DNA of 64,000 nucleotides from NCBI RefSeq assembly GCF_009914755.1, contig NC_060936.1. One strand, given 5' to 3'. Both the position numbers and the translations under genes were made by a program. The notes beneath the pieces are model-generated. The model made no database searches. It saw only the letters and a list, made by a program, of their open reading frames with translations, and was not told the origin of the DNA. The stretch's first letter is position 1. Each line of letters starts with the position of its first letter. Shown piece after piece: positions 30,904 to 47,643 of this stretch. This DNA comes from the human T2T-CHM13v2.0 reference genome, Homo sapiens.

Positions 30904-31884
30904 TCTGCTGTTGATTTATGTATTTTTTATTGCTGTATTGCTATTATTATTTTTTGAATATTTTCCATCTGTGGTTGGTTGAATCGTGGATCCAGAACCC
31001 ACAGACAGGAAGGGCTGACTGTAGCTCTGTTCACACCGTGCTCCCAGACACAGCATATCCTCTCCCTAACTCTTGTCTCACTAAATCACAGCCTCCCAAT
31101 CTGCTTAATGCTCAGCTCCACTGTCTCTTTTCACACAAATCCTTCTTTCATCTCCCCATCACCACTTTCTGCATTGAGGCCCTGTCCTTGGACTATCCTT
31201 TCCCTGGTGTTTACTCATTATGGACCCCCACAGCTCTCCTTCAGTACATCTCCTGCTCCTTGCCACGTGATTGCTCATATAATTTAATTTTGTATTCCTG
31301 GACATACTGTAAGGCAGTGTTCTTCACATTTTGAAAAAAAATCACAATCCACAAGAAGGAAAGCATTTTTTACAGCCTGTCTTATCATGAATATACACAT
31401 AGTTAAAGTTTCACAAAGTAATGCTTTACCCTTATGGATGAGATGCATCCTGGCTTTTTTTTTGTTCCTTCCCCTATCCTGTTTTCTTCTCTTCTACTCT
31501 ACTGGAGTGAATTTTATTCCATCCCATTAGAAGAAGGAAAGTTGGTCTATGTTAATTTTACCATCTGGTAATGAAACATTATTATAGTTTTAACAATCTG
31601 CAATAAAGCCTTTATGGGCAGAAACTATACCACAGAGCTTTACATGTGAGAAGTGCAACAGATATTTATTTGATTAAGGTGCTGTGTCTCCTAACAATGA
31701 TTATGAAAAACAGACACATGGTAGGGAACCTGGCTGCCCTAGACTGGTCAAATAGGTTTTCATATAATATCCTAGACTGAAGATTCACAACTAGGGAAGA
31801 GGGTGTGACTCCCAGGGGGACAGAAGGTGTCTCTGGAGGAAGGCAGGACTGTACGGCTGTGAGTGGCAAGTGTAGTCTCAATGA

Positions 31885-32199
<315 letters not shown>

Positions 32200-32751
32200 T
32201 AATTTTAACACTGAGTGCCAAGTTTGTACTTAAATCCCCCTTCACATGGGGTAGAGGAAATTGCGCCAGACCAGGAATCATGAGGCAGCAAGTCAGCCTT
32301 GACTGTGGGGCACCGTGCTGAATCATTCTGAGGCTGCTGTGAAGCCCTCCATCTGGTGAATCTGATACTTCCAAAGAGCCTTCAGTAGCAAACTGTTAAG
32401 TAAACTTAGGGTGTTTTGCTCTTTCTGTTGCTGCAGAGAATTCCAGAACTCCCCTTTCATTTGAGAGCGCACCTACCCTTGGCACTTGTAATGTTTTAAA
32501 TTCCAGAAACACTATCCTGTGAATCACAGAAGTTCAGAACCTAAAATGGTTTTAAAGTTTACCTAATCTAACTAATTTTATCAAGGAGAAAATGAAGAAC
32601 CAGAGAGACTAAGTTGCTCAAAGTGATGTAACTACTGAATGGTGAAACTGAAACAAAAATTCCAGTTCCCAAACTCTAGTCTACTCCAGTCTAATACTCG
32701 TTGCAAGGTTCTCTAAAGCTATGGGGGGTGAAGTGAGCATTTAAACCTCTG

Positions 32752-33212
32752 TTTCTTTTCTTTATCCTCCTTTCTTTCCTCTCTCTGTCTTTCTTTTTTT
32801 CTTTCGTTTCCCCCTCCCTCCCTCCCTCCCTTCCTTCCTTCCTCTCTCTCTCTCTCTTTCTTTCTCTTTCTTACAGGGTCTCATGGTTGCTCAAGCTGGA
32901 GTGCAGTGGTACAATCTTGGCTCACTGTAACTTCAGCCTCCTGGGCTCACGTGATCCTCCCACCTCATCCTCCTAAGTAGCTGGGACTACAGGTGTGTGC
33001 CACCATGCCCAGCTAATTTTTTTTGTATTTTGTTTTCTCTGTCTTCTTTTGTAGAGACAGGGTTTCACCACGTTGCCCAAGCTGGTCTCAAACTTCTGAG
33101 CTCATGCGATCCACCTATGTCAGCCTTCCAAAGTGTCTTTGCTTTTTTTTTTTTTCTTTTCCTCTCTCTCTCTCTCTCTCTTTCAGATGGGGTCTTGCAA
33201 TGTTGCCCAGTC
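32752..33212 (-). mobile_element. AluJ with a CT-rich simple-repeat tail, followed by a second Alu fragment
   Basis: Pyrimidine tract 32752-32872; Alu body to about 33138; fragment 33142-33212. Confidence 0.85.
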
Positions 33213-36200
33213 TGTAACCTCTCTCCTTAGCCACTGTGTTAGATACTTTGGGCGGACAGTTGTATGCCCATATCAAATTCAGAATAGAGGTATCAGAAGT
33301 CATTTTACGCAGTTACTTCTTTTACAAATGGGAAGACCAAAAACAAGATCTCACTGGAGAAAGAGCTAACTGGCTCTTTCCTTTGGTCTTTTTCTTCTTT
33401 TATTCATTTAACCAACAACTACTGAGTATCTACCACGTGCTGAACATTGTTACAGGTGCTATAAGGGAAGATGCCAGGAAAACAGAAGGTTATCATCTAA
33501 TGATATTTTTAGGGGGCAAGGAGTGCCAGGGCAGTATGGGAACACAGGAAAGGACCACTTAGGTTAGTTTATGGGGCATGGGTGTATGTGATAACATGTT
33601 TGGGGAGGTCAAGCTGACTTTGAGGTGGTCACAGATCACCCAACTGGACGTTCAGTCACTACTTTATTAATTCATGGAATAAACATTGTCGAAAAACTTT
33701 GCCAGGTGGTACAGATTTGGAGATTAATATGATAGGGATAATCAGGAGGATGGTGAGGAGTATTACACAAATTATTGTACAATGCAGTAAATGCTCTGAT
33801 CATTTGGGGAGGATATTCCAGGTAGTGGGTACCATAAGAGTAAACGAGGAGGGGTCAAGAACAGTATGATGACTGTGAGTACAAATATTACAAATAGTTG
33901 TGGCTGGAGCAAAGACTGTCAAGCAGGACACAAAAAAGGTGTTCTGGCAGGGGCCAGATCTCAGAAGAACTCAGAGGCTGTTGTGGGAGTTGGATTTTGT
34001 AACCATTAGTCCAGTGATGGTGATTTGATAGCAAGCCAGTTCATCTACTCTAAATTAGTTCAACTGACATTTGTGACCTAAACATAGGATTTTGCAAGTA
34101 TGTCTGGGTCTTGAATGGAGGGTCTCTGCAGCAGAAAAGAGATCTATAAAATGGCACGAGCAACCTGTGCTCTTGGCCTGTTCTCCAGGCACAAAGTCCA
34201 CAGCAAGGAAAGAAAGGCTGCCAAGAAGGGACTCCAGCTTGACTTGGAGAGCCAAGTCCCCCATGATACACCTATCATCCTTCAAGGCTTGGCTCAACTT
34301 CACCACCTCCTCCTCCTGAGTGATCCCTCCTTTCTAGGAACCCCTAAAGTCAGATAACTCTAGAGCTGGAAGGGGTCTCATGTGTCCATCAGTTCATCTC
34401 CTCCTGATACAGATGAGCAAACTGTCCATTGGGTAGTTGGGCACACAGGTCTGGAGCTCAGCAGGGGACTGGCATAGAGGCGTAAATTTGGGAGTCATTA
34501 GCATAAGGGGAGACTAGAGCTGTGAATGAGGTTGGGATTGTCCAGAGAGCATATATAGGGCACTCTACACCAATCTAACTGTGTTAATTAATCTGCTGCC
34601 TAAAGGCATTCATTCATCAAGTTCTTAACCTGCCCTTGATGATGCAGGCACCACTGAGCTTCTACCTACGTTGCCAGCCACACTCACAGCACCTGCTCTG
34701 CAGCTTTCTGCTGTTTCCTTTGATGCCATGGTCATTTCCACGCCAGGGCCTCTGTGTCTGCTGCTCCCTCTCCCTGGAGCATTCTCCTCCTGCCTTTGCC
34801 TGGTGTCTCCCTATTCATCTAACAGGCTCCAACCTAAAAGTTACTTCCTCAGAGAGGATCCTGACTTAAAATAGGTTCCCTGTGATATTCTTACCCACGC
34901 TGTACCTTCATAACACAATACTTATTGTAATTACAATTAAATGATGTGTTAAACTCCCACCTCCACCCACAAGCCCCACAGGGTAAGGACTGTTTCTCTT
35001 GTTCACCGCTGTATCTCTCTGTACCTAGATGTACCACGCCTTGCATATTGTAGGCACTCTACAAATATTTGTGAGAAAGGAGATATGCAGAGTAAAACCT
35101 AGTTTTACTCTAATGACAAGGAATACAAGAGCCATAATAGATGGGCAGAGAGATGAGGACCTCGTCTAATAGGATCTCCTGGAGAAAAGCTGGGCCACAA
35201 TGTATTAAACCAGTTCTAGCGCAGGGATCACTTGTTTTCATAGCATCTGTATCCATAACCACTCATTTGAACCACGGGACCACTGTGAAAATTCAGGCTT
35301 AAGAGATGGATTTGTAAAACTATTCTAGTTCTCCAGGGAGCTCTATTTAAATGTATTTAACCAGAATTCTCTACTGCTGTAGAGAATAAGGCAGCTAAGT
35401 TAATACAGTCTTGATTCTTAAAATTTAACATCTTTAGTGCATTTGCTTGTGACATGGAACACAATAGTAGCCCTCCTTCACCCCATCTCCATTAGTCTAT
35501 GCTCCCAATCAGTTCCTAGATGGAGATTTTGGCCTGTGGCTACAAAAACCAATTTTCAACATTCAGTGGGAACCTTGGTCAAGTTCAAGTCCCAGACAAA
35601 GGTTTAACAAGAATGCCTCTGGCTATGGGATTTGTAAGTCCTTTGAAAGGTCAGTTTTTTTCTTGCCACTTCATGTAGTGGGTATACATGCTAATGTTGG
35701 AAACCTGCTTTCTCATTACAAGAAAATACTGATCATAACAATTAACCTAACAGAGTACTTTCTATTTGTCTGGTGTTATTTTAAATGCTTTACGTGGATT
35801 CATTCATTCAATTTCTCCAATAACCCTGTGAAGAAGTTAGGGCTTTAATCTTCATTTTCAGATGAAACTGGGGAACAAGAGGTTAAGTAACATGCCCAAA
35901 CTGCAGCGGGTGAATAGTGGAGCCAGGACTCAAAGCCAGGCTATCAGGTCCTAACCTGTGTGCACAGGCCGGACACAAATCTGATTAAGGATGTCAGTTA
36001 CTAATATCAGTTCTGCTGTGAGCATCCAAAGGCCCACCCAATCCAACACAGAGAGCTGTCTACCCTCCTCCCTCCCTGAGCAATTAAGAAGGCACCTGAT
36101 AAGGTCTGCGGCAGCACTGGCCTCCCTGCCAAGTACTTGGAATCAGTCCCCAACATCTGGTGAGCCTGAAGCCCATGCTATGTGGGGAATATGGTATGCC

Positions 36201-36919
36201 ATCATTTGCCCAGGAGAGTGGACAATAGTTTCTGACCCAGGCTGTTTCCAGGATAAAATATAATTTCAGGGAGAGGTTCTCTTCAAAAATAATACCTTTA
36301 TGTTTGTATATTTAAAAAAAAAAGGTTTACAAGTATCTATGCATAATTAATTAATTTCACATTGGCATTGTTATTCTCATCTTAGAGTTGAGGAATTCAA
36401 GGGCTCACGGGATGTTAAGTAATTTACCCAAACTTTACTGTAAAACTACAGTAAAGCTAACCATTACCATCTCCAACCAAGTACTAACATTGAACAGTTT
36501 TATAATTGGTTATCTCATTTGAACTTCAAAACAATCTATTAATATATGAACTATTATTTTCTTCCACAATTAGCTTCAGAGGGGCTAAGTTGGCCTGTGA
36601 CCACACAGCTAGAAAGAATGAAGCTGAGATGAGCACTGATATAATGCTATTACTATATTTGTAGGGTATGTATACTACTTTACAAAATGTTTTCATGGTT
36701 TTAAAGAATTTAATACTTATAGTAACTCTGGAAATAGATGGAAAAGATATTTTTATACTCATTTTATAGCTGTAGAAACAGGTTCATTTGGGTTAAATGA
36801 TTTGCTTTAGCCTGGTACCAATATCCCATATGGCCCCATATTCCCATCAAACACTGAGAGAAGATGCTTATTAGGGAGTTCTCCTTATCCCAGAGGCCCC
36901 AAATTAACGGCAAGTGACA

Positions 36920-37400
36920 CTGTATCAATAAGAGTCAAACAGGAAACAGAAACTACTAGAGTATTTAGAGCAGAAGCACTTCGATGCAAGGGATTGGTTG
37001 CACAGATAACAGAGGGGCTGAGATGCCAGCAGGGGACAGAGAGGCAACCTAGAGGTTAGTAAGCACCCTAGGAGACACAGAGGGAGAATTACCTGTTACC
37101 TAAGTTCAGATACCTAGGTTACTGGGTAGAAGCTAGAATCATGGTGGCCTGTGTAGCGGAAGCCAAAGCCACAGAGAAGCTCCTAGTAGTATGGATCTGA
37201 TGGGGTGGAGAAGGAGGAGAAATACTCTGGTTTCTCCCTTTTTATCTCCCAGTAGAGACTCCCACTGAGCAAACGTAGCTGGGCGCCGGCTGACATCTGG
37301 CCTGGGAAACAGGCCGAATGGGTCAGCTTCCACTCCACAGGAAGACAGCAGAGCAGGGAATGGGTGAGGAAGGAATCTGAGGGCACAGGCCACGAACCAG
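36920..37400. mobile_element. Old ERVL-class LTR (LTR41-like)
   Basis: TGTATCAATAAGAGTCAAACAGGAAACAGAAAC...GGATTGGTTGCACAG motif. Confidence 0.45.
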
Positions 37401-38810
37401 CCCAGACCCCTCTCCGCCTGTGTGGGCCATCATCATTAATCCAAAAAGACAAAGTGAGCCCCATTCCATGACAAAAGCAAGAACACATGGATTCTTAAAG
37501 TGTTAGAATCACAGGAACCTTCATCAGGGCTGTTAGGAGAAAGGCTGTGGTTCTGAGTAGGGCAACTACTTGATGGGGAGGCCAGTGATGCTGCAGACCT
37601 TATCAGGTGCCTTTTTCATTGCCCAGGGAGGCAGATAGACAGCTCTCTGTGTTGGCTTGGGTGGGTCCTTTGGATGCTCACAGCAGGACTGATATTAATA
37701 ACTGGCATCCTTATTGCATTTGTGTCCAGCCTATGCACAACTATGTCAGTTTCCCTACTCAAAATCACAGCCTCACTCCTAATACTCCCTATTCCTCACT
37801 CCCCTTCCCTGCTTGCTTTTCTTCACAGCACTGATCACTATCTGATCCATGATACATTTTATTTGTTCATTAGCCAATAAAACATAAGTTCCATGAGGGC
37901 AGAGAATTTTGCTGGTTTTAATCTTTTATCCCATTGCCTAGAAGAGTGCCTGGCACATAGCACTCAAAAAACAGTTTTTGTCGAATTAATTTTAAATTGG
38001 GTGATTTCGCTAAGAATCTGGATGTATGGTTTTCCTTAAGAATTTGGCAACACTGTTTCATATATCACTGCATAGCAACAAGTGGCTGGAACTGCCGTTT
38101 AGAGATGGGGACCTGAGTTCACTCTCTGATTTGCCTCAGTCCCCACTATGCCTTATAGCCTAAAACAGCCAGCTTCATCCATTTCCATTACCTGCCTGGT
38201 TGCTGCAGGTATTCAAATGTGGGACCTCTGATCAGGGCTAAACTGTTCATTCTACATAGAGCTGGGGAAACGGAGATAAGAACAGGTGAAAGGTCTTTGG
38301 TTGTCAAAGAGTTCAGATTAGAGTCTAATTGAGGGCTTTCGTGATATGAAGATCATTGTACTAGGTATCAGAACTTGGCCCCCAGGCAATACAGTCCTTT
38401 CACAAATGAGGCATCGTATTGGGAGCTCTGTATACAGCTGCACTGTTTAAACTACCTGTCCACCAGGAGATTATAATCTAGCAGCACTCTCCTTGTTTTC
38501 AGGGGTGCAGTCCAGTTAGCCCATGTTAGCACTGATATAAATTTGGGGGAAGACAGCAATTATGCTCTTCTCACTCATTCTGTATTCTAGGTACCCAACT
38601 CCAGAGGATCTAACTGGCCAAAAGCAATGGTACAGCTCTGGGCCTTTGTGCATGCTCTTCTCTGTTGTGTGCACTCCTACACATCCCTGAGGCCCCAGCT
38701 CAGGACACTCCACTGAAGGCCCCATCATAGCCCCCTGGCAGAATTGACTGCCTCTGTGCTCCCTGCGTAGCGCATTTATATCTATTCTGCACAGATCTTG
38801 TTCTTTTACA

Positions 38811-39306
38811 CAGTAGTCCCCCTTATCTATAGTAGATACCTTCCAAGCCCCCCAGTGGATACCTGAAACGGTGGACAAAACTGAACCCTGTATCTACTAC
38901 GTTTTTTCCTATACATACATACCTATGATATAGTTTAACTTTATCAATTAGGCACAGTAAGAGATGAACAACAATAATAAAATAACAGCAATTATAACAA
39001 TATGCCAGCATTGCTAAGCTTGCACTTTGGGGCCATTACTAAGTAAAATAAGGGTTACTTGAATACCGCCACGGTCGATCCGATCACCAAGCTAGCTACT
39101 AAGTGACTAAGGGCGGGTACTAGAGATAGGAGGCTGACCTTGGACAAAGGGGCATTCCGGTCCCAGGAATCAAGATTTCATCCTGCTACGCAGAATGGCC
39201 GGAAACTTAAAACTTAGGACTTCTGTATTTCTGGAATTTTCCATTTAATAGTTATGGACAAGAGCTGACCACAGGTAACTGAAATCGCGGATAAAGGGGG
39301 CTACTA
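38811..39306. mobile_element. MER44 (Tigger7-derived) DNA transposon
   Basis: Terminal inverted repeats CAGTAGTCCCCCTTATC / GATAAAGGGGGCTACTA; internal CCTATACATACATACCTATGAT motif. Confidence 0.85.
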
Positions 39307-39703
39307 TCCGCAGTTCTCTAGTACTTGGGAGTTTCTTGCGACACTCATTTCTGCAACCGAGTGTCTCTCAACAAATCAAACTGTTCGGAATGTTTGGAAT
39401 ATTTTAAACGAAAGAATGCATTCAACAGGCAGTGCCCAACTCCCCAAGTTGGGATTCTCTCCTTGGATCAGTCTCTCCTGTTTACCCCCCTCCTCTCACC
39501 ACCGGCTGCAGGGGGACCTCTCACTCCTTTCCTTCCCAGTCCAAATGCTGGGCGGTGGAGAGCCGCACTCGCGACAGACACCAGAACGCACCTTCGATAG
39601 CACATTCCTGCCCCACCTGCCCCTCAGCACCCGCTGCAGCCCCGACGAGGGTGGGGGTGGGAGGCAGCAATCCTTCAGGTCCTCGGCAGCCCTGCGGGCC
39701 TAC

Positions 39704-39781
39704 CTTGTCCCCTTTGCTTAGGACCTGCCAAGGCCACGTCTCTACGCTTCCGAACAGCGAGTTCTTGATCATGCCCAACAT
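39704..39781 (-). CDS. HEBP1: HEBP1 coding exon 1 (aa 1-26, [26 protein letters not shown]; contains the F2L peptide)
   Basis: ATG at 39781-39779; 78 nt; donor AAG|GTAGG at 39703; translation matches the HEBP1 N-terminus. The four exons sum to 570 nt = 189 aa + stop. Confidence 0.98.
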
Positions 39782-39859
39782 GTTGTAGCCGAGACGCTCC
39801 CGACGCACGGGAGGACGTGAGGTGGCGGGGGCGACGGAGCACCACGGGCAGCGACCACC

Positions 39860-39939
39860 GGCGGCAGGGCGGCAGGGCGGCAGGGCGGCAGGGCGGCAGG
39901 GCGGCAGGGCGGCAGGGTGGCAGGGCGGCAAGGCGGCGG
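39860..39939. repeat. GC-rich octamer tandem repeat (GGCGGCAG)n: 7 perfect + 3 variant units
   Basis: Units counted directly from 39860; lies about 80-160 nt upstream of the HEBP1 ATG. Confidence 0.95.
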
Positions 39940-40129
39940 GACGGCGAGGCGGCGAGGCGAGAGGCGGGGCTAGAGGCAGGGGCCAGAGGGCGTGGCTAGA
40001 GGGCGGGGCGGCAATTCAGCCCGGCGGTGAGGCAAGGGGGCGGGACGGCGAGGTGAAGGGGCGGAGAGAGAGGGCGGGGCGGCGAGGCGAGGGGGCGGAG
40101 AGAGGGCGGGTCAGTGATGCGAAGGGCGG

Positions 40130-40185
40130 GCAGCAGGGCAGCAGTCCAGCAGTGCAGCAGTGCAGCAGTGCAGCAGTGCAGCAGT
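40130..40185. repeat. Octamer tandem repeat (GCAGCAGT)n, 7 units including 2 variants
   Basis: Directly visible 8-bp periodicity. Confidence 0.92.
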
Positions 40186-40826
40186 GCGGTGAGGCGAGGG
40201 TGCGAGGCGGCTAAGCAAGGGATGGGCCCGCCGTGGCGAGCCGCTGGGCCGTGTTCCGCCTCCTTTCGGGCTTTCCGCGGGTGTCTGGGGAGGGAACCCG
40301 GCCGCGGGCCTCAGGCCGTCCCCCTCCGCAGACCCCTTCTCTTATTCTGAGTCTAACCTATCCGCTGGGGCCCTGGAAAGCGATTCTCGCCTGGAGTGGC
40401 TTTAGGCAGCGGTGGTGGGGAACGTCCTCTCTCAGGTGCCTGGGCTCCAACCTCCGAGCCCCGGGTTGCTCACGCTTCTCCGGTCCTCTACCCGAAGGCT
40501 CGATCCCGCTGGTACAGCGGCGGCCAGGCTCCCTGTCTTGGTAGCCGTCCCTCTACCCCCGCCCCATGACCTCTTCTAGACCATTGAAAGAGCATCCAAA
40601 CCACTTTCCTGCTGCCACTCTTTCCTACCATCCCTCTAAATCACAGTTTCCAGGTGACTTTTCTAAGCATGGCTTTTCTCGTTCACTCCTGTTCAAAAAT
40701 CTTCTCACCAATTTTGTCACCATTTACTCAGCTGAGTGCCTGCTTTCTGTCAAGTATTTTACCAATAAATCTCTACTCCACACCACCGACAAGAAATATT
40801 TTGGAGCCATTTAAAAAGGAGGAAAC

Positions 40827-44507
<3,681 letters not shown>

Positions 44508-44841
44508 AAAAAGGAGGAAACTGAGGCTTAAAACAATTAAGTAACTTTCCCAGGCAACAACTAATGTGTGGCTTGGTGAGGATTTGAACTCATGTCTGTG
44601 TTGTCAGCGTCCATATGCTTTGTACTCTGTCACCCTGGCTTTTCCAACCTGTATCTACATCTACATATGGCACTGCTTTCCAAATACTTTCTGAATGTCC
44701 AGCTTCCCCCATGGACTCACTCCTTGAAACTGACTTCTCTGAAAGTGTCCCTCAAACACTGTGTCCATGAACACTGTGTGGTCCTGTCTGAACTCTCTTG
44801 TCATCTCATTTGTTCTAATATTCTGCCTACTTGAGGATTCT

Positions 44842-45416
44842 CTTTTCTTTTTTTTGATACAGGATCTCACTCTGTTGCCCAGGCTGGAGTGCAGTGGCAT
44901 GAGCTTGGCTCACTGCAGCTTCAAACTCCCTGGCTCAAGTGCTCATCCCACCTTAGCCTCCCAAGTAGCTGGGACTGCAGGTGCACACCTAATTTTTCTA
45001 TTTTTTGTAGAGACAAGGTTTCTCCATGTTGCCCAGGCTGGTCTCAAACTCCTGGGCTCAAGCAATTCGTCCAACTTGGCCTGTCGAAGTGCTGGGATTA
45101 CAGGTGTGAGCCACTTTGCCCAGCCTATTTTTCTTTTTTTGAGAGAGGATCTTGCTCTGTCACCCAGGCTGGGGAGCAGTGGTGCGATCATGGCTCACTG
45201 CAGCCTAGAACTCCTGGGCTCAAGTGATCCTGCCACCTCAGCCTCCTGACTACCTGGGACTACAGGTGTGCACCACTACTGCCAGTGAATTTTTAATACA
45301 TTTTTGCAGAGAAGGGAATCTCACTATGTTACCCATGCTGGTCTCAAACTCCTGCCTCAGTTGATCCTCCTCCATCCGCCTCCCAAAGTGGTTAAATTAA
45401 GCCAACCTGCCTGGCC
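44842..45416 (-). mobile_element. Two tandem AluJ elements (44842-45125, 45127-45416)
   Basis: Two consecutive diverged dimers. Confidence 0.9.
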
Positions 45417-46258
45417 TTTATGAGGATTCTTTATGCATGTTTTACCCATTGGTTGCATTGTCATTTGAAATTGTTAACCTAATTGTCAGACTAATTTGTG
45501 GCAGCTGCCCTAAACCAGAGCTGAGGGATTGCCTGCTGTGCTTTCCTCCTGAGCAAGGGGAAGTTGAGCCGGAGCCAGGTAGTGGCAATCAATAATAGTG
45601 GTACTGTTGACCTCTAGCTTTGTGGTAAAAGATATTAACTTTATTAACTCCAGACAAAAAATATTTGCCCTTTGACAAATATTTGTTCATTGCTATAAAG
45701 TAAATTGCCATTTAATTATTTCATAGTTCCTTGACTCTAAGATGCTATTGATTATAAGACAGGCCCTGTTATTTTATGTGCCACCAAGAAAAAAAACAAA
45801 TGCTACTAAGTAAACTATGACATTCAATTGATTTTAAATGCATCCAGAGACATTAAAATGTGAAATAGCATGCAGCTTGGAGTTCATAAGAGATTCTTAG
45901 GTTGCTTTGTAAGGGTCTCTTGAGTATTTTTGCTCACAACCATACCTCCTTTATAACAAACTAATCTTTTAAAAGGCAAGATCTATTTTTCTTTAGCACT
46001 TCCCTCACTAGCCACACACAGAGGATGCTCAGTAAGTGTGGAATGATTTAAAACATTCTTGATATTAGAGCTAGTCATCTATTTTAGTTACTAAACTATA
46101 TACAGTGCAATGGGCTCTATTACTCAGTATGGTCAAGTAGCGGAAGTATTTGGGAATCAGAAAACATCGGGTCAAAAGATGGGGATTCCAATCTGGCTCT
46201 GTCCTACCAGTGTAATGAATATTTCTTCTGCAAATTTCCTAACCTCTGCAGAACTCAC

Positions 46259-46396
46259 TTTCTTTCTTTTTTTAAATTTAGAGACAGGGTCTTGCTATGT
46301 TGCCCATGTTGGTCTCAAACTCCTTGGCTCAAGTGATCTTCCCACCTCGGCCTCCCACAGTGCTGGGATTACAGGTGTGAGCCACTGCACCTGGCC
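46259..46396 (-). mobile_element. FLAM inserted in a MIR
   Basis: Left monomer; TSD CAGAACTCACTTTCT; MIR sequence on both sides. Confidence 0.85.
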
Positions 46397-46627
46397 TCAG
46401 AACTCACTTTCTACATCTGCAACACTGGGGTAATAATGCCAGCTCACAGTGCTGTCGGGAGGATTAAAGGAGTCCAGGCAATAAAAAGCACTGTATACAC
46501 TGTTAAGGGCTAGATTCTCCCCACACCAGTGGTCAAGTTTGTCCTGCTACCAAGGGCTGAACATTGCTGCTTCAAGAGCATTGTGGGGAAGCATCATTTT
46601 AAAGTCCAGATTATTTGGTGTCTTGCC

Positions 46628-47003
<376 letters not shown>

Positions 47004-47033
47004 TAGGTATTATGATTGAATACTGTTGAGTGT

Positions 47034-47328
47034 GTATAAACTGAAAGAAAAATTCTAAGCCCCCCACTCGACTGAATGGACCCCTCGTCTCAGCCAATGG
47101 AATTCCAAAGAAACCTGAAAAACTAGTTCAGGCCATGATGGGAAGTGGGGGTCCCATCATGCCTCATTATACCTTCCTCCTTTTGGAATTCAGGCACAAC
47201 TGACCAGTATTAACATTAAATCTTAAGGCTGAAAACACAGACTCTTTGTAGCAATAAGATACCAAATTGTAACCTTGTATAGCATCATATGACAGATAGC
47301 AGCTCTGAAAGAAATAAAAATATTTTAG
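47034..47328 (+). mobile_element. MER4-family ERV1 LTR, 5' part only
   Basis: AAAATTCTAAGCCCCCC...ACTGAATGGACCCC...AAAACTAGTTCAGGCCATGATGGGAAG motif. Confidence 0.75.
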
Positions 47329-47330
47329 AT

Positions 47331-47643
47331 GCCGGGCGCAGTGGCTCATGCCTGTAATCACAGCACTTTGGGAGGCCAAGGCAGTCAGATTGCCTGAGGT
47401 CGGGAGTTCAAGACCAGCCTGGCCAACATGGCGAAACCCCGTCTGTACTGAAAATACAAAAATTAGTCCAGTGTGGTGGCTCATTCCTGTAATCCCAGCT
47501 ACTCAGGAGGCTGAGGCATGATAATTGCTTGAACTCAGGAGGCGGAGGTTGCAGTGAGCCCAGATTGCATCACTGCACTTCAGCCTGGGCAACAGAGTAA
47601 GACTCTGTCTAAAAAAAAAAAACCCAAAAAACAAAAAACAAAA
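47331..47643 (+). mobile_element. AluS
   Basis: Full-length dimer; no clean TSD. Confidence 0.92.

Larger units (their letters stand above)
29610..31023. mobile_element. MER2 (Tigger-derived) DNA transposon split by nested AluJ and LTR8
   Basis: Left half GGATACCAAAATCCATGGATGCTCAAGTCCCTGATATAAAATGG (about 29610-29810); right half GTTGGTTGAATCGTGGAT...GGGCTGACTGTA (about 30910-31023). Confidence 0.8.
39550..40560. promoter_or_regulatory. HEBP1: CpG-island, TATA-less, probably bidirectional promoter of HEBP1 (-) and HTR7P1 (+)
   Basis: Very high GC and CpG density around exon 1; many GGGCGG Sp/KLF boxes between 39960 and 40130; no TATA box seen. Confidence 0.85.

Noticed and set aside
39521-39703. 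Read-through of the HEBP1 exon 1 frame into intron 1
   Set aside because: A good donor at 39703 and the known HEBP1 sequence continue in exon 2; no evidence for intron retention.
39860-40185. CRISPR-like array
   Set aside because: Spacer-less eukaryotic tandem repeats; no unique spacers or cas genes.
44761-45249. Alu-derived ORFs (also 8638-9099, 17748-18104, 59112-59519 and others)
   Set aside because: Typical Alu translations ([19 protein letters not shown]); not genes.
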